A stretch of 64,000 bases of DNA from Macrostomum hystrix (lineage: Eukaryota; Animalia; Platyhelminthes), in the NCBI GenBank assembly GCA_950097015.1, contig CATNEN010000039.1, positions 11,594,001 through 11,658,000 of the forward strand. The letters are read 5' to 3'. The position numbers were made by a program, and so were the translations under genes. Below, in pieces: positions 26,001-37,830 of the stretch; positions within the stretch are counted from its first letter, which is position 1, and every line of letters begins with the position of its first letter. The notes beneath the pieces were generated by a model. It did no database searches. It was not told the origin of the DNA and saw only the letters and a program-made list of their open reading frames with translations.

Positions 26001-29000
26001 GACTGTAGCGGAAATACGATTTTTTGAGCAGTTTTCCCTATTCAAATTTTTTCAAAGCACTCACTCTACTCAACTGTACCAAGCAAAACAGTGAGCAAAC
26101 TTACTTAACAGCACCTGCTGATTATCAATAGCAACTGTAGAGCGCCGCGTATATGCCGTTGTTTACCATTATCTCGAATCACTGAACGTACACCTGGCTA
26201 TGTACACCTGGCTATGAACACCTGGCTATGTACACCTGGCTATGTACACCTGGCTATGTACACCTGGTTAGGTGCACCTGGCTATGTACACCTGGCTATG
26301 TACACCTGGCTATGAACACCTGGCTATGTACACCTGGCTATGTACACCTGGCTATGAACACCTGGCTATGTACACCTGGTTAGGTACACCTGGCTATGTA
26401 CACCTGGCTATGTACACCTGGCTATGTACACCAGGCTGCCAGGTCCAAGTCAGCGGGCTGAGGTGGGTGTCTCACCCGGCCCAGAATATATAGATTTACA
26501 ATTTATATATCTGCACCCATCACTACAATACTGCACCCATCACTACAATACTGCACCCATCACTACAATACTGCACCCATCACTACAATACTGCACCCAT
26601 CACTACAATACTGCACCCCTCACTACAATACTGCACCCATCACTACAATACTACACCCATCACTACAATACTGCACCCATCACTACAATACTGCACCCAT
26701 CACTACAATACTGCACCCCTCACTACAATACTGCACCCATCACTACAATACTGCACCCATCACTACAATACTGCACCCATCACTACAATACTGCACCCAT
26801 CACTACAATACTGCACCCATCACTACAATACTGCACCCATCACTACAATACTGCACCCATCACTACAATACTGCACCCCTCACTACAATACTGCACCCAT
26901 CACTACAATACTACACCCATCACTACAATACTGCACCCATCACTACAATACTGCACCCATCACTACAATACTGCACCCCTCACTACAATACTGCACCCAT
27001 CACTACAATACTGCACCCATCACTACAATACTGCACCCATCACTACAATACTGCACCCTTAGAGAAATTAGAGACTTAGGAAATCAGAGATTTAGGAAAT
27101 CAGAGACTTAGGAAATCAGAGATTTAGGAAATCAGAGATTTAGGAAATCAGAGACTTAGGAAATCAGAGACTTAGGAAATCAGAGATTTAGGAAATCAGA
27201 GACTTGGGAAATCAGAGATTTAGGAAATCAGAGATTTAGGAAATCAGAGACTTAGGAAATCAGAGACTTAGGAAATTAGAGACTTAGGAAATTAGAGACT
27301 TAGAAAATCAGAGACTTAGGAAATTAGAGACTTAGGAAATCAGAGACTTAGGAAATCAGAGACTTAGGAAATCAGAGACTTAGGAAATCAGAGACTTAGG
27401 AAATCAGAGACTTAGAAAATCAGAGACTTAGGAAATCAGAGACTTAGGAAATTAGAGACTTAGAAAATCAGAGACTTAGGAAATCAGAGACTTAGGAAAT
27501 CAGAGACTTAGTAAATTAGAGACTTAGTAAATTAGAGACTTAGGAAATTAGAGACTTAGGAAATCAGAGACTTAGGAAATCAGAGACTTAGGAAATCAGA
27601 GACTTAGGAAATCAGAGACTTAGGAAATCAGAGATTTAGGAAATCAGAGATTTAGGAAATCAACGATTAAGGAAATAAAAGTTTTAAGAAATCAGGGATT
27701 TAGTTTTCCGTCCACAAAGGGGAAGGGCGACACGCAACAATTCAAACAAACACTCGAATGAAAAAATTGTTTTTGGCGGCAATTTGGTTTGAAATTGCAC
27801 AGTATTAAAAACGGGTCTGCCTCATACATTATAGGCTTTGAACGTATTCTATTTATCGCACACAATTTATCGCTGGCTTAAGATGTGGAGCTCGCACCTG
27901 CTGCAATCGTTTCATGGTCAAATTGCAGAAATGATAGTTTACAGCTTTAAAGTTTTGCTATTTTATTGTGATGACAATGAAATGACAAAGACCAGCGAAT
28001 TTCAGAGCTTATAACAAATTCATTCGCCTACAGCACCGCAGACACATAGATTCAATATCATGCCGCCAATTATTAAGAAGCCGCCCTGCCACGTGCAGTA
28101 CTCTTCAATGCAAGCTCGGGTGATGTAGGAGAATACAACGGTGCCAACGCCAGACCCGGACATTGTTAGGCCTGTGGCTAAAGCGCGTCTTTCTAAGAAA
28201 TATTAGCACACGGCCACAACAGCTGGCATGAAGGCTAAGCCGAGTCCTAAGCCAGTCAATAATCCGGCCGAGAATATAAACAGCAAAGTGCTCCGCGGCA
28301 AAAAGAAGGTTAAAACAAAGCCCAAGCCGGAGATGAGGCCCCCGGCTATTGTGACAGATCGACATCCGTATCGATCAATCAGCACCGAAGTTACCGGGCC
28401 TAATAGCAACGGAACACCAGAATGAGGCAATCCAAGAAAAATCCGAGAAGCAGCTTTAAAACAGCAATGTCTACTTAATTATTATTTTCTTTAGCTAGTG
28501 AAAGAAACGCTATTGAACTACTTACTTAATGATTACTTAATAATTGGCTTCAGGCTGCTAAAATATTGGACCTGGTACTGCCAGAGATTGGCACTTTTTA
28601 ATCGGTGAGATTTACAAGTATATTATTTACTGCGAATAGAAAAAAGATTTCATCCACACTCACATTGGATGAGAGAAAGCGATAGTGAGGTAGAGTGGGG
28701 GAGAGGGAGGGAGAGTGAGGAAGAGTGTTCATCTGTTCACTCACTCAGCATATCCCATTATCGCTGAGGTCGGGCTCAGACTCCTGCGGTTCCTTGTCAG
28801 AAACGTCACTCTGCCTGCTGTGCTTTCGGGGCCTGGAGCTCACCAGGCCGCTGTGGCACCTTTCGAATATTATTATAATGCACGATTTTAATTTTCTTAC
28901 TATTCTCGTGACGGATCCGGAAATCACGTCAGATATCTTCTCGACGACTGTAGCTGGGCCTTTCCAATAGTTGTGAAATTTTGCTCCTTCATTTGGCTGC

Positions 29001-32000
29001 AGCGCAGGTGAGAATTCTAGTACAGTATCACCGACGTCAATGTTCGGACCCCTCACTCTGGAGTCGTAAATAATTTTTTGCTTACGCTGGTAGTGCTGTA
29101 CTCGTATATTCTGTCTGACATGTGAATGTGCTTCTGCCAGTCTGTCCCCTAGCGACAATAGGTTCTCTGCGCATTTGCAGACATGGCCTCTGGCAGGTTA
29201 CCGATGTCGACTGGAAGTCCCATTTCTTTCGCGTACAGCATGTAGTACGGGGTGTACCCCGTTCCGCGATGGACGCTGCTGCGGTAGGCGAGAAGTGCAG
29301 GAGCGATCAACTCCTCCCAATCCCTCGCTCTGGCGACATACTCGTATGATCATGTTTTTCAGTGTTTTATTAAAGCTTTCAAAGCCCTAGAAAGTCAACA
29401 GAGTCTGGAATACATAAAGCAGATTGTTACACAGGAAGTAAAGGAGACCTCATCTATTGACGATCTCACATCTAAGTTAAACCGTCTGCTGGAGGAGTCC
29501 GTTCCCAAGAGCGGGGGTAAAAATATTATTCCCAACAAATTCTGGATAAACAGAGACGAAAAACTTAGGGATTCGGCTAAATCATTAAAGTACGTAGCAA
29601 GGAAAAAAAGTCGAAAGCCAGCGGACAGATCACTAGTCACAGCTAGAATACGATGAGCTTGCAAAGAAGTATATGAACCATCTAAAAAAGCTGAAAAAAG
29701 CTTACATAAATTATTTTATCCAGAAAATGGCAGCTCCAACACATCCAGGGATTTTGGTCAGGTTTAAAAAGAGCCGGGGAATTGCTGTTTCCCAACAAGC
29801 GAGTTTCCAGGGCACAACCCCCAATAGCAGATATTCAGAAGCACCTTAGCAGCATTTTCAACATGCAACCCTCAGTCAGATGCCTCCGAGGACATCCACC
29901 AAACCCAAAAATCTTTACAGACACAACAGTCAGCACCCAGGAAATTGATAAGGCAGTGAAAAAAACTAAAGAAGAAAAAGGCAACCTGCTTTATTGTGAC
30001 GATTTAGTCATTTTTGGTGAAGACCTGACAGAATTACAAAAAGGCCTCGACAAAGTAGCAGATTTTTGCAATACTCATAAATTAGAAATAAACACTGAGA
30101 AGACAGCTTCTGAGCTGCAATCTCCACTCAAGGGCAACACATAGACTGTTTTTACATGGTCAACTGGTTGAACCCGTACAGCAGTGGACATATCTTGGGT
30201 TTCACATGAACGTGAAGGGTACAATAGATACTCATGCCATAGAACTAGGTAAAAAAAGTGGATATCCAATAATGCTTCTGAGAAAGTTGGCGGGATTTCA
30301 GAAAGTAAAACACAAACAGCTCATCCTGTTTAGCACAACTTATGATTGAAAGCATAGTTCTCTATGCATCAGAGGCCTGGGGAGCCTTTGTCTCCTGGAA
30401 ACTGGGTACTTGGGATCGGAACCTTATAGAGAGAATTAATTTTAGAATCTGCAAGTCGATTCTGCAAGTTAGTCCAAACACTGACAGCAATGGTGCTCGG
30501 TCCAAATTAGGAAGACTACCACTATTATATAGTATTCAAAAAAGAAGCCTTCAATGCTGGTCCTCAGTTCGGAGCCGACCAGACTCCATCATCGCGAAAT
30601 TGGTGGCAGATACAGAATACAGCGATGTTGGCATTGGGGAAAAAATGAATAGTGAAGTAATGCGGAATCGTCAACAGACTAGAAAAACAAAGTCCATCAA
30701 AACGCACAGAGAGAATTTTGAGTCAGAGTTTCGAAGTCAGAAACTGGACTCAGAGGATGGGAAAATCAGCCAAGCTCAGCCACTTCTATTACACGTTTAA
30801 GAAATATTTCTCCCGAGAAAAGTACCTAACAATAATCTCTAACCCAGAACAAAGGCGCACAATGTCCCGATTTCGTCTAGGAAACCACAAACTGGCCTGT
30901 GCGACATTGCGCAATGTAAGACCGAAAATCGCCTATGAAAACAGAACATGTCCAAAATGTAGTCGAGATAGAGAACGAAACTCATATTCTCTTTAGATGC
31001 GATTGGTCCGTTTATGTTCCAATTAGAAATAAATTCATAGAGAAAGTAGCAGGTAACTGTTCGAAATTTCGAAAGCCTAACAGCTGATGACAAAATTGTG
31101 TATTTAATGACACAGGAAAGCACAGAATGAACAGAAAGTTTTGTGGACTTCATAGAAAGCATAATTAAAGCTAGATAAAAAGCCACTGCCCTGAGGCCCA
31201 TAGTTAGAATGCGAAAACACAATAGCTTCTCCTTTCTGTCAGTTTTTATTTTCCCTTTAAATTTAAATATTTCATTTTTTGTTTTAATGCCTTCGTTTAT
31301 TTAAAAAATTGTTTTTTTTCAATATTTTATTAACCTAAAATTACGCATGCTACTGTTTTCCTATCGCCTTCTCTTTAAAAAAATCGATTTGTTTAACCTC
31401 AAACATAAAATAAACAAAAAATCAGCACCCAATCGGCGTGCGCACCTCAATAATAATAAAAATAATAATGTACATGTATGTCAAAGTCGAAGTCTACATT
31501 CCCTTCAAAATTGCTGCATTCCTGAATAGAACTACACAAATTAATTTTCTGAACTTCTAGTCTAGGATTAAAAAAAACTAAAAGGTTGTTTTTGCGAAGT
31601 TTTTCATTCTCTCTCAGTCGCATGGAATCTTTAAGCTGGCTTAATAAAAAATAGTTTCTGGGGGCTGTTGACACTTGCACATCATTTTGTGACAGTCGAC
31701 ATGCAGCCAGCGAGGAGGGGGGTGTACATATGCCCTGATTTTCTCTGAGTGCGTCTTGCTTGGAGTTTGGTTTTCACTCCGCGGCTGCGCCCGAAATGAA
31801 CGTGGCGTCGCCGCGGAATCGAGCTCAGCTGGGATCTTAATGCGAGAGGCAAACCCGTTAGACCCCTCTGCCACTTATCCCCTTCAAGCCGGCTCATCGC
31901 GTCCTTATAAAGTCCCTCCCTTCGCCACTTCTTCACTCCTCCACTTCCCAATTCGATTTCCTCACCCAAATTGATGAGCGCATTCAACAGAGACACGGCT

Positions 32001-35000
32001 GCCGATAAATTGCGATCTCCTGCCATGAGGAATACGGTTAGGTGAGCCATGCCGCCGCCAGGCATTGTTGCTATGGCAACCAAGCCGAATCCCATGTCGT
32101 CCGTGATGCCGAACAGTTTGTAGAGGCCCAGAGCAATCTGCAGCGCATTGTGGGCAAGAGAATGAGTTGGAGGAAAGTAGCGTATAGATTATCGAGTGGA
32201 CTTTTCCCGCAGCCTAATTGGCCACATCCAAATGAAGTGAAGTGTTGAGCGAGTGAGACTAAACTGGCATTGCTCAGGAAAGACACGGATGAGAGCGGTC
32301 TAAAAATCCCTTTGATTTACGCTCTCTTCCCCAGATTTCCTAAATCAGACTGAAATCCGGTTTCATATTTTTGTCAATTTAAAATCATTACAATTATAGA
32401 AAGACGTATGGAAAATTTGTGAATAATTTTATAGATATCGCTGAGAAACGCACTAGAATGTGCTCTTTGGTATTGTCTTATCTTACCTTTGTGTTTTGTT
32501 TGTGAAAGTAAAACACATAAATTGTTCTGTACTGTTCTTCAAAAATGCTACCTAGAGCTTAAATCTACCCACAGGAATTCAGGTGGGTGTCCACGGACTG
32601 AACAGCTATAAATAACGGTATTCACCTAGGTTGTCTCCCTTCTCTTTAAGAATCGAACTCCCGACGTTCCTAGTTAAACGAAGAGACGTGAAATGCCTTC
32701 CTTCTTTCAACTTCGGTGGCTATTTCCTCGAATTGGAATTGAAGTTTGCTTCTTGTTCAAGCCAAGAAAATTTACGTACTTTAAAATACGTCAGTGTCTG
32801 TGTGTGCGTGCGTGCGTGGAGCTTATCCGCAAATCCGCTTGTGGCACAGCAAAGTTTATTTCTGGGAATTAAATTTTGTGCATATTGGACAGTATAAATT
32901 TTAAACGCTGAAAGTTGCTTGTTGTCAGTTTGTTGTGTGCTGTAAAACAAAATAATATTTTTTCCATGACTATTTCTTGCGCGAAGGAGATGCCCAGAAG
33001 CTTTAGTTCAAGGCCATGGTACACGCGGCACTTAGATGTCGGATTGATCATTTCTATTAATAGCAACTACCAAGGTCACCCAGCACGTGACGCTTGCGTG
33101 ATTGCTAGGCGCCTATTTATAACTCAAGGCGTAATTCGTAAATTAGAATGGAGTCGAACAGCTTATGGCTCTCGCACCAAGGTCTTTGAGCTCATGGCGA
33201 CGTTGGAATGCAGCCGCAGAGAGAAGGCTTGGCGGCTTGTCGTGCAATTTACGGTCTTGAGGGCCAACCTACAAGGCACAGTGAGAGTGTACACTGCCTG
33301 ACGATGAGAAAGTCAGTGCAGGGCACACCTGTATGCATTTGTGTGCTCAAGAGTCAGCGAAATAGGTAGAATTGCCTCCTGAATGACTGCGGGTCTACTT
33401 ACACTAAAAGATGTGCCAAGGCATTACACAGGCTTTCTTAGATTGGTTGAACTGTTGATTCAGTTTTTTCATTAGGACATTGCATGTAGTCGTTTTCTAA
33501 ACAGCACAGACTTTGATAGATGGACATACTGGATACATATACTCGGTGCATATGCTTATGTCGATAGAAGAGCTTTTGGAGGCAGTGAGTTCATGATGAA
33601 GGCTCATCTTGAAGCTCAGTCTCGGCCCCGCCCCTCAGCCAGAGTTTCTCCCTTCATCCCCGGGAGCACGCAACCCCATGGCCCGAGTAAATGAAGCTTC
33701 ATCCTAAGATTCCATCTTCAAGAGATAGCCCTGTCTATATAGGGATGGGATTCTGTATAGAGATGAGGGCAAACTGGGAAAATTTATTCACTGAATCAGG
33801 ATCGATCGATTTTATAAATTTCCATTTCCATAGCGGAAGTAAATAACAGTAGATTTATAGTAGATTTAGCTCCCTCCAGTCCTTCATAAGTCACGTTAAA
33901 TTCTTGTGTTTTGCAACTTAAAAAATTAAATATTTTATGAAAATTAATATTGCAGCTACTCTACTATTCTGTAGTAGATGTTCTTTCGACTCCCATGAAA
34001 TTCTTCTGCTGCTTCTGTTGATTATATGGGATTTCGATCCTCAGTTAGCCATCAAATTGGGATGAAATCCAGAGCTAGGTCTAGTCCACTCACTACCATC
34101 TGCTCAGTTTTGTGTGGTTAGTCCACTAATTTGAGTTGCTCCGCTGAATTACAGACGTGTCGCCTGAAGATCTTGAGTAGAACTCAAGATCTGTTTTAGT
34201 ATCTGTTGTCGGAAGAGACAACTAAGAGACATCAAATTCGATCGATACCAAGCCTGGCCTCTTTTAGTCTACTTAGATTCCGAGGATTCTTGTTTTCAGT
34301 TAGCGGGGTAAATTGTACGCGAGGGATATGCAATCTTATAGCTAAAGAAGTGACAAAAAAACAAATTGACTTAAACTAACGACTAGCAAAGTATAAAATA
34401 TGATAAAAATGTGAAAAGAACTTTGTTTCAACTTTCTAATCAGAAATTTTCTTATAGAAGCGAATAAGATCATCTATCCAACCGATAGCCATAGTGAGTG
34501 GCAGAGCGGTCTAGTTTGCCTCTCGCACCAATGTCCCTGAGCTCGATTCCGCGGCGAGGCAACATTCATTTATGGGCGCAGCCGCGGAAAGAAGGCTTGG
34601 GGGGCTTGTCGTGCAATTTACGACCTTGAGGACCAGCTTTCAAGTAACTGTGTGAGTGTACACTGTCGGGCGATGAGAAAGTCAGTGCAGATGTACACAC
34701 CTGTCTGCTGCCCTCAAAATGATGCGCAATTGTCCACATCCCTCCTGAAAATAAATATTAGTATCCAATAGATAGCACGGCCCTTGCAATTACCGGGGGC
34801 AGAAAGAGGTGCTGCACTATCAGGCAGGTAACTAGAGCCAGAGACTGCCGGAAATGTGGTCTCGCCTCGCGCAGGTCGCTCATGCAGCCCATGCATAGTG
34901 CTAGGACGCAGGCTACCAGGCCGATGGACCATTCGAAGGCTCTGTCGATCATGCGCGCCTTACGCAATGCCACAATGTCGATTTCGCCACCGCCGAGTGG

Positions 35001-35516
35001 CAGGCTAGCTGTGCGCCATTCCGCCCCGCCCGAGCCGGGTGGAGCTGTCGATACCAATTCGGCCCACTTGCTGATGTTATAAGCCAACAGGCTGATGAAG
35101 ATTTTTGCTCGGCCGACATTGTTAGCTTCGACAAACAGCTGCGCTGACCCGTCAGGCTGGGCGAATGGGAACTTTCGAAAAGTGCACGCGTCGCCAACTT
35201 CGCAAACTCGTCGATGGCTCGCCGGAGGCGGCTGACGCTCGCGACGATTAGCCGCTGTGACGGCGGCAATCTGTGCGTTTGACATTGCGGCTAGCACGGC
35301 CACAGTCCAGCCGGACTGGGCAAAGGAGTCACAGCAGCTGCAGTTGATGCCAAGCGGCTGGTAGGTGCCGACTATTTGGGCATCGATGAATGCCGGGCTG
35401 ACGCTTACCTCACAGCTGGCGGCCGTCATGTTGACGAGACCGGCCAAGCCATCCAATGCGGAAGTGGCGGCGGTCGTAAGGGCCAGGATCGACAGCAGAA
35501 ACAGCAGAGCCACCAT
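14098..35516 (-). CDS. SLC10-family sodium/bile acid cotransporter-like protein (exons 35516-34794, 32137-31966, 14780-14098; ~525 aa)
   Basis: Signal peptide and long luminal N-terminus. Family motifs ALCMGC, IVQHLFLPP and MPGGG..AHL..FLMAGDRNLS..NLG|LSP. Splice phases 0 and 1 join in frame. Confidence 0.88.
14812..15370 (-). mobile_element. tRNA-derived SINE (family 1), interrupted at 14865-15029
   Basis: A box tggcagagcgg, B box gttcgattcc, shared body (gtcagggcagatgtacacac; gcgaaatgggcagaattgcctcctcgct) and (att)n tail. Confidence 0.85.
14865..15029 (-). mobile_element. Solo-LTR-like insertion inside the SINE
   Basis: TG...CA ends and flanking (a)cac duplication. On the minus strand TATA-like tatatag is followed by agtaaa and terminal ttattaca. 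Confidence 0.45.
15491..17208. repeat. Composite satellite cassette, copy 1 (14-bp, 20-bp and 16-bp arrays with unique spacers)
   Basis: gtacacctggctat (15609-15735), acaatactgcacccatcact (15807-16707, ~45 units), ggaaatcagagactta (16821-17038). Spacers are near-identical to those in 26069-28686. Confidence 0.95.
17367..17673 (+). other. Orphan candidate coding exon containing a (gca)n tract
   Basis: ttttttag acceptor, open frame, gtgagt donor. No partner exons or homology recognised. Confidence 0.3.
17865..18165 (-). mobile_element. SINE family 1 copy (5'-truncated)
   Basis: Body and 3' end match the other copies. Confidence 0.85.
18553..19270. repeat. 31-bp tandem array (~22 units)
   Basis: Unit gttttcccgcaggagcttttcccacaac(aac/tag). 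Confidence 0.93.
19562..20250 (+). mobile_element. Non-LTR retrotransposon (LINE) reverse transcriptase fragment
   Basis: VFFDLKSAFDMV, GVRQGCHLSPLL, LLYCDG (YxDD decayed), LEINTEKTK, WTYLG. Confidence 0.9.
21478..25409 (+). CDS. Single-pass receptor: signal peptide, F-type-lectin-like domain, 2 Ig-like, FN3-like, TM, cytoplasmic tail; nested antisense in SLC10 intron 2
   Basis: Lectin-like motifs QSS..FFHSK..WFAVKL..IRSVTV..VRYLLL (21478-22233). Ig exons 22334-22567 (HSGDYRC) and 23040-23274 (HSGNYSC). FN3-like PDPPSSL...LGRNTLYYMKLQV. TM IAVSAIIVFVVVSVVCAACFLLI. 3' exon structure uncertain because of a TAG at 24134-24136. Confidence 0.7.
24221..25196. repeat. 17-bp minisatellite (short copy also at 23522-23606)
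   Basis: Unit acaatggctacttggct with variants. Confidence 0.95.
26069..28686. repeat. Composite satellite cassette, copy 2, with ~860-bp extra segment at 27662-28518
   Basis: Same spacers and array order as copy 1. 20-bp array at 26511-27058, 16-bp array at 27060-27661. 28519-28686 matches 17046-17208. Confidence 0.93.
28035..28425 (-). pseudogene. Monocarboxylate transporter (SLC16/MFS) gene fragment
   Basis: GPVTSVLIDRYGCRSVTIAGG...GLGLGLAFMPAVVAVC*YFLERRALATGLTMSGSGVG with an in-frame stop and a later frameshift. Confidence 0.85.
28880..29390 (-). mobile_element. Ty3/Gypsy integrase C-terminal fragment
   Basis: ALLAYRSSVHRGTGYTPYYMLY; QK..YD..VGDTVL..KFHNYWKGP (GPY/F module); frameshifted. 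Confidence 0.82.
29395..31420 (+). mobile_element. Degenerate LINE (CR1/L2-group-like), 3' part with internal RT deletion
   Basis: LLYCDDLVIF, ESIVLYASEAWG, RFRLGNHKL...RTCPKC; A/T-rich 3' end. 29982-30215 is nearly identical to 20010-20240. Confidence 0.85.
31660..31880 (-). mobile_element. SINE family 1, degenerate copy
   Basis: tggcagaggg A box, gctcgattcc B box, deleted body. Confidence 0.7.
33160..33420 (+). mobile_element. SINE family 1 copy
   Basis: Shared body gagaaggcttgg...gtcagcgaaataggtagaattgcctcct. Confidence 0.8.
34494..34760 (+). mobile_element. SINE family 1 copy
   Basis: gtggcagagcgg A box, gctcgattcc B box, shared body. Confidence 0.85.
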
Positions 35517-36164
35517 TTTGCTGCAGTTTATTGATATTCAGCAGCAGCAGAGACCAAATTCTCGCAAAGCATTCGCTAGGTCTGTTCTATTAAAAGAAGA
35601 AGATAAAAAGAAGTTAAATAATTATTCTTTCATTCCCGTCTAGTTTAGCTGGCTTGACTGGAAGAATCTGCACCGATTTGCCTATTGTTGAGGCTGGTTT
35701 TGGACTGAGTGAGAGAATAGAAGAAAGCAGAGAGAGAAAGAAATAGAAGACTAGCACGCCTTTGCCAGTCACCGGATTGGCCGTCGACCAACCCCTCCTC
35801 CCCCGCCAGACGCTGCGTGTGTGCTTGCTCCGCTCGCAAAAAAGCCTTTTCGCCTCGCCATTTGGACGCGCCCTAAAACCCTAAAACTGCTTCTCTAGCC
35901 TTCCTAGATTTCTACCTCCCTCAAAATGTCTTCCCAAAGCTTATCCAGTTGTGCAGCCACCTACTGTGCAGTTCAGTGTAGCAGATGGGCATTAAATGCA
36001 ATCTCTGTTCATATTTTTTATTGCAATTCAATGGATTCTGCTTTAGATTTTCTTTATAGTACAAAAGGGGCTCTATAGAAAGACAGCAAGGCCAAAGTGT
36101 ACTGCTGTTCAAGGCTTTCATTGTGTGTGTGTGTGTGTGTGTGTGTGCATACGTCTCATATTTT

Positions 36165-37830
36165 TAGATTCTGTGTGAATATCTGTAGATTCTGTGTGAA
36201 CATCTGTAGATTCTGTGTGAATATCTGAAGATTCTGTGTGAATATCTGTAGATTCTGTATGAATATCTGTAGATTCTGTGTGAACATCTGTAGATTCTGT
36301 GTGAATATCTGTAGATTCTGTGTGAATATCTGTAGATTCTGTGTGAATATCTGTAGATTCTGTGTGAATATCTGTAGATTCTGTTGAATATCTGTAGATT
36401 CTGTGTGAATATCTGTAGATTCTGTGTGAATATCTGTAGATTCTGTGTGAATATCTGTAGATTCTGTGTGAATATCTGTACATTCTGTGTGAATATCTGT
36501 AGATTCTGTGTGAATATCTGTAGATTCTGTGTGAATATCTGTAGATTCTGTTTGAATATCTGAAGATTCTGTGTGAATATCTGTAGATTCTGTGTCAATA
36601 TCTGTAGATTCTGTGTGAATATCTGTAGATTCTGTGTGAATATCTGTAGATTCTGTGTGAATATCTGTACATTCTGTGTGAATATCTGTAGATTCTGTGT
36701 GAATATCTGTAGATTCTGTGTGAATATCTGTAGATTCTGTTTGAATATCTGAAGATTCTGTGTGAATACATGTAGATTCTGTGTGAATATCTGTAGATTC
36801 TGTGTGAATATCTGTAGATTCTGTGTGAATATCTGTAGATTCTGTGTGAATATCTGTAGATTCTGTGTGAATATCTGTAGATTCTGTGTGAATATCTGTA
36901 GATTCTGTGTGAATATCTGTAGATTCTGTGTGAATATCTGTAGATTCTGTGTGAATATCTGTAGATTCTGTGTGAATATCTGTAGATTCTGTGTGAATAT
37001 CTGTAGATTCTATGTGAATATCTGTAGATTCTGTGTGAATATCTGTAGATTATGTGTGAATATCTGTAGATTCTATACATGTGAATATCTGTAGATTCTG
37101 TTGAATATCTGTAGATTCTGTGTGAATATCTGTAGATTCTGTGTGAATATCTGTAGATTCTGTGTGAATATCTGTAGATTCTGTGTGAATATCTGTAGAT
37201 TCTGTGTGAGTATCTGTAGATTCTGTGTGAGTATTGTGAGTATCTGAAGATTCTGTGTGAATATCTGAAGATTCTGTGTGAATATCTGTAGATTCTGTGT
37301 GAATATCTGAAGATTCTGTGTGAGTAACTGAAGATTCTGTGTGATTATCTGAAGATTCTGTGTGAGTAACTGAAGATTCTGTGTGAATATCTGAAGATTC
37401 TGTGTGAGTAACTGAAGATTCTGTGTGAATATCTGTAGATTCTGTGTGAGTATCTGAAGATTCTGTGTGAATATCTGAAGATTCTGTGTGAGTATCTGTA
37501 GATTCTGTGTGAGTATCTGAAGATTCTGTGTGAGTATCTGTAGATTCTGTGTGAGTATCTGAAGATTCTGTGTGAGTAACTGAAGATTCTGTGTGAGTAA
37601 CTGAAGATTCTGTGTGAGTAACTGAAGATTCTGTGTGAGTAACTGAAGATTCTGTGTGAGTAACTGAAGATTCTGTGTGAGTATCTGCAGATTCTGTGTG
37701 AATATCTGAAGATTCTGTGTGAGTATCTGAAGATTCTGTGTGAGTATCTGAAGATTCTGTGTGAGTAACTGAAGATTCTGTGTGAGTAACTGAAGATTCT
37801 GTGTGAGTATCTGAAGATTCTGTGTGAAAG
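36165..37830. repeat. 21-bp minisatellite (~79 units), preceded by (tg)n
   Basis: Unit tctgtgtgaatatctgtagat; variant units accumulate toward the right. Confidence 0.97.

Noticed and set aside
34290-34430. LSU rRNA-like word gtgaaaagaactttg
   Set aside because: Match is too short and the flanks do not continue rRNA similarity.
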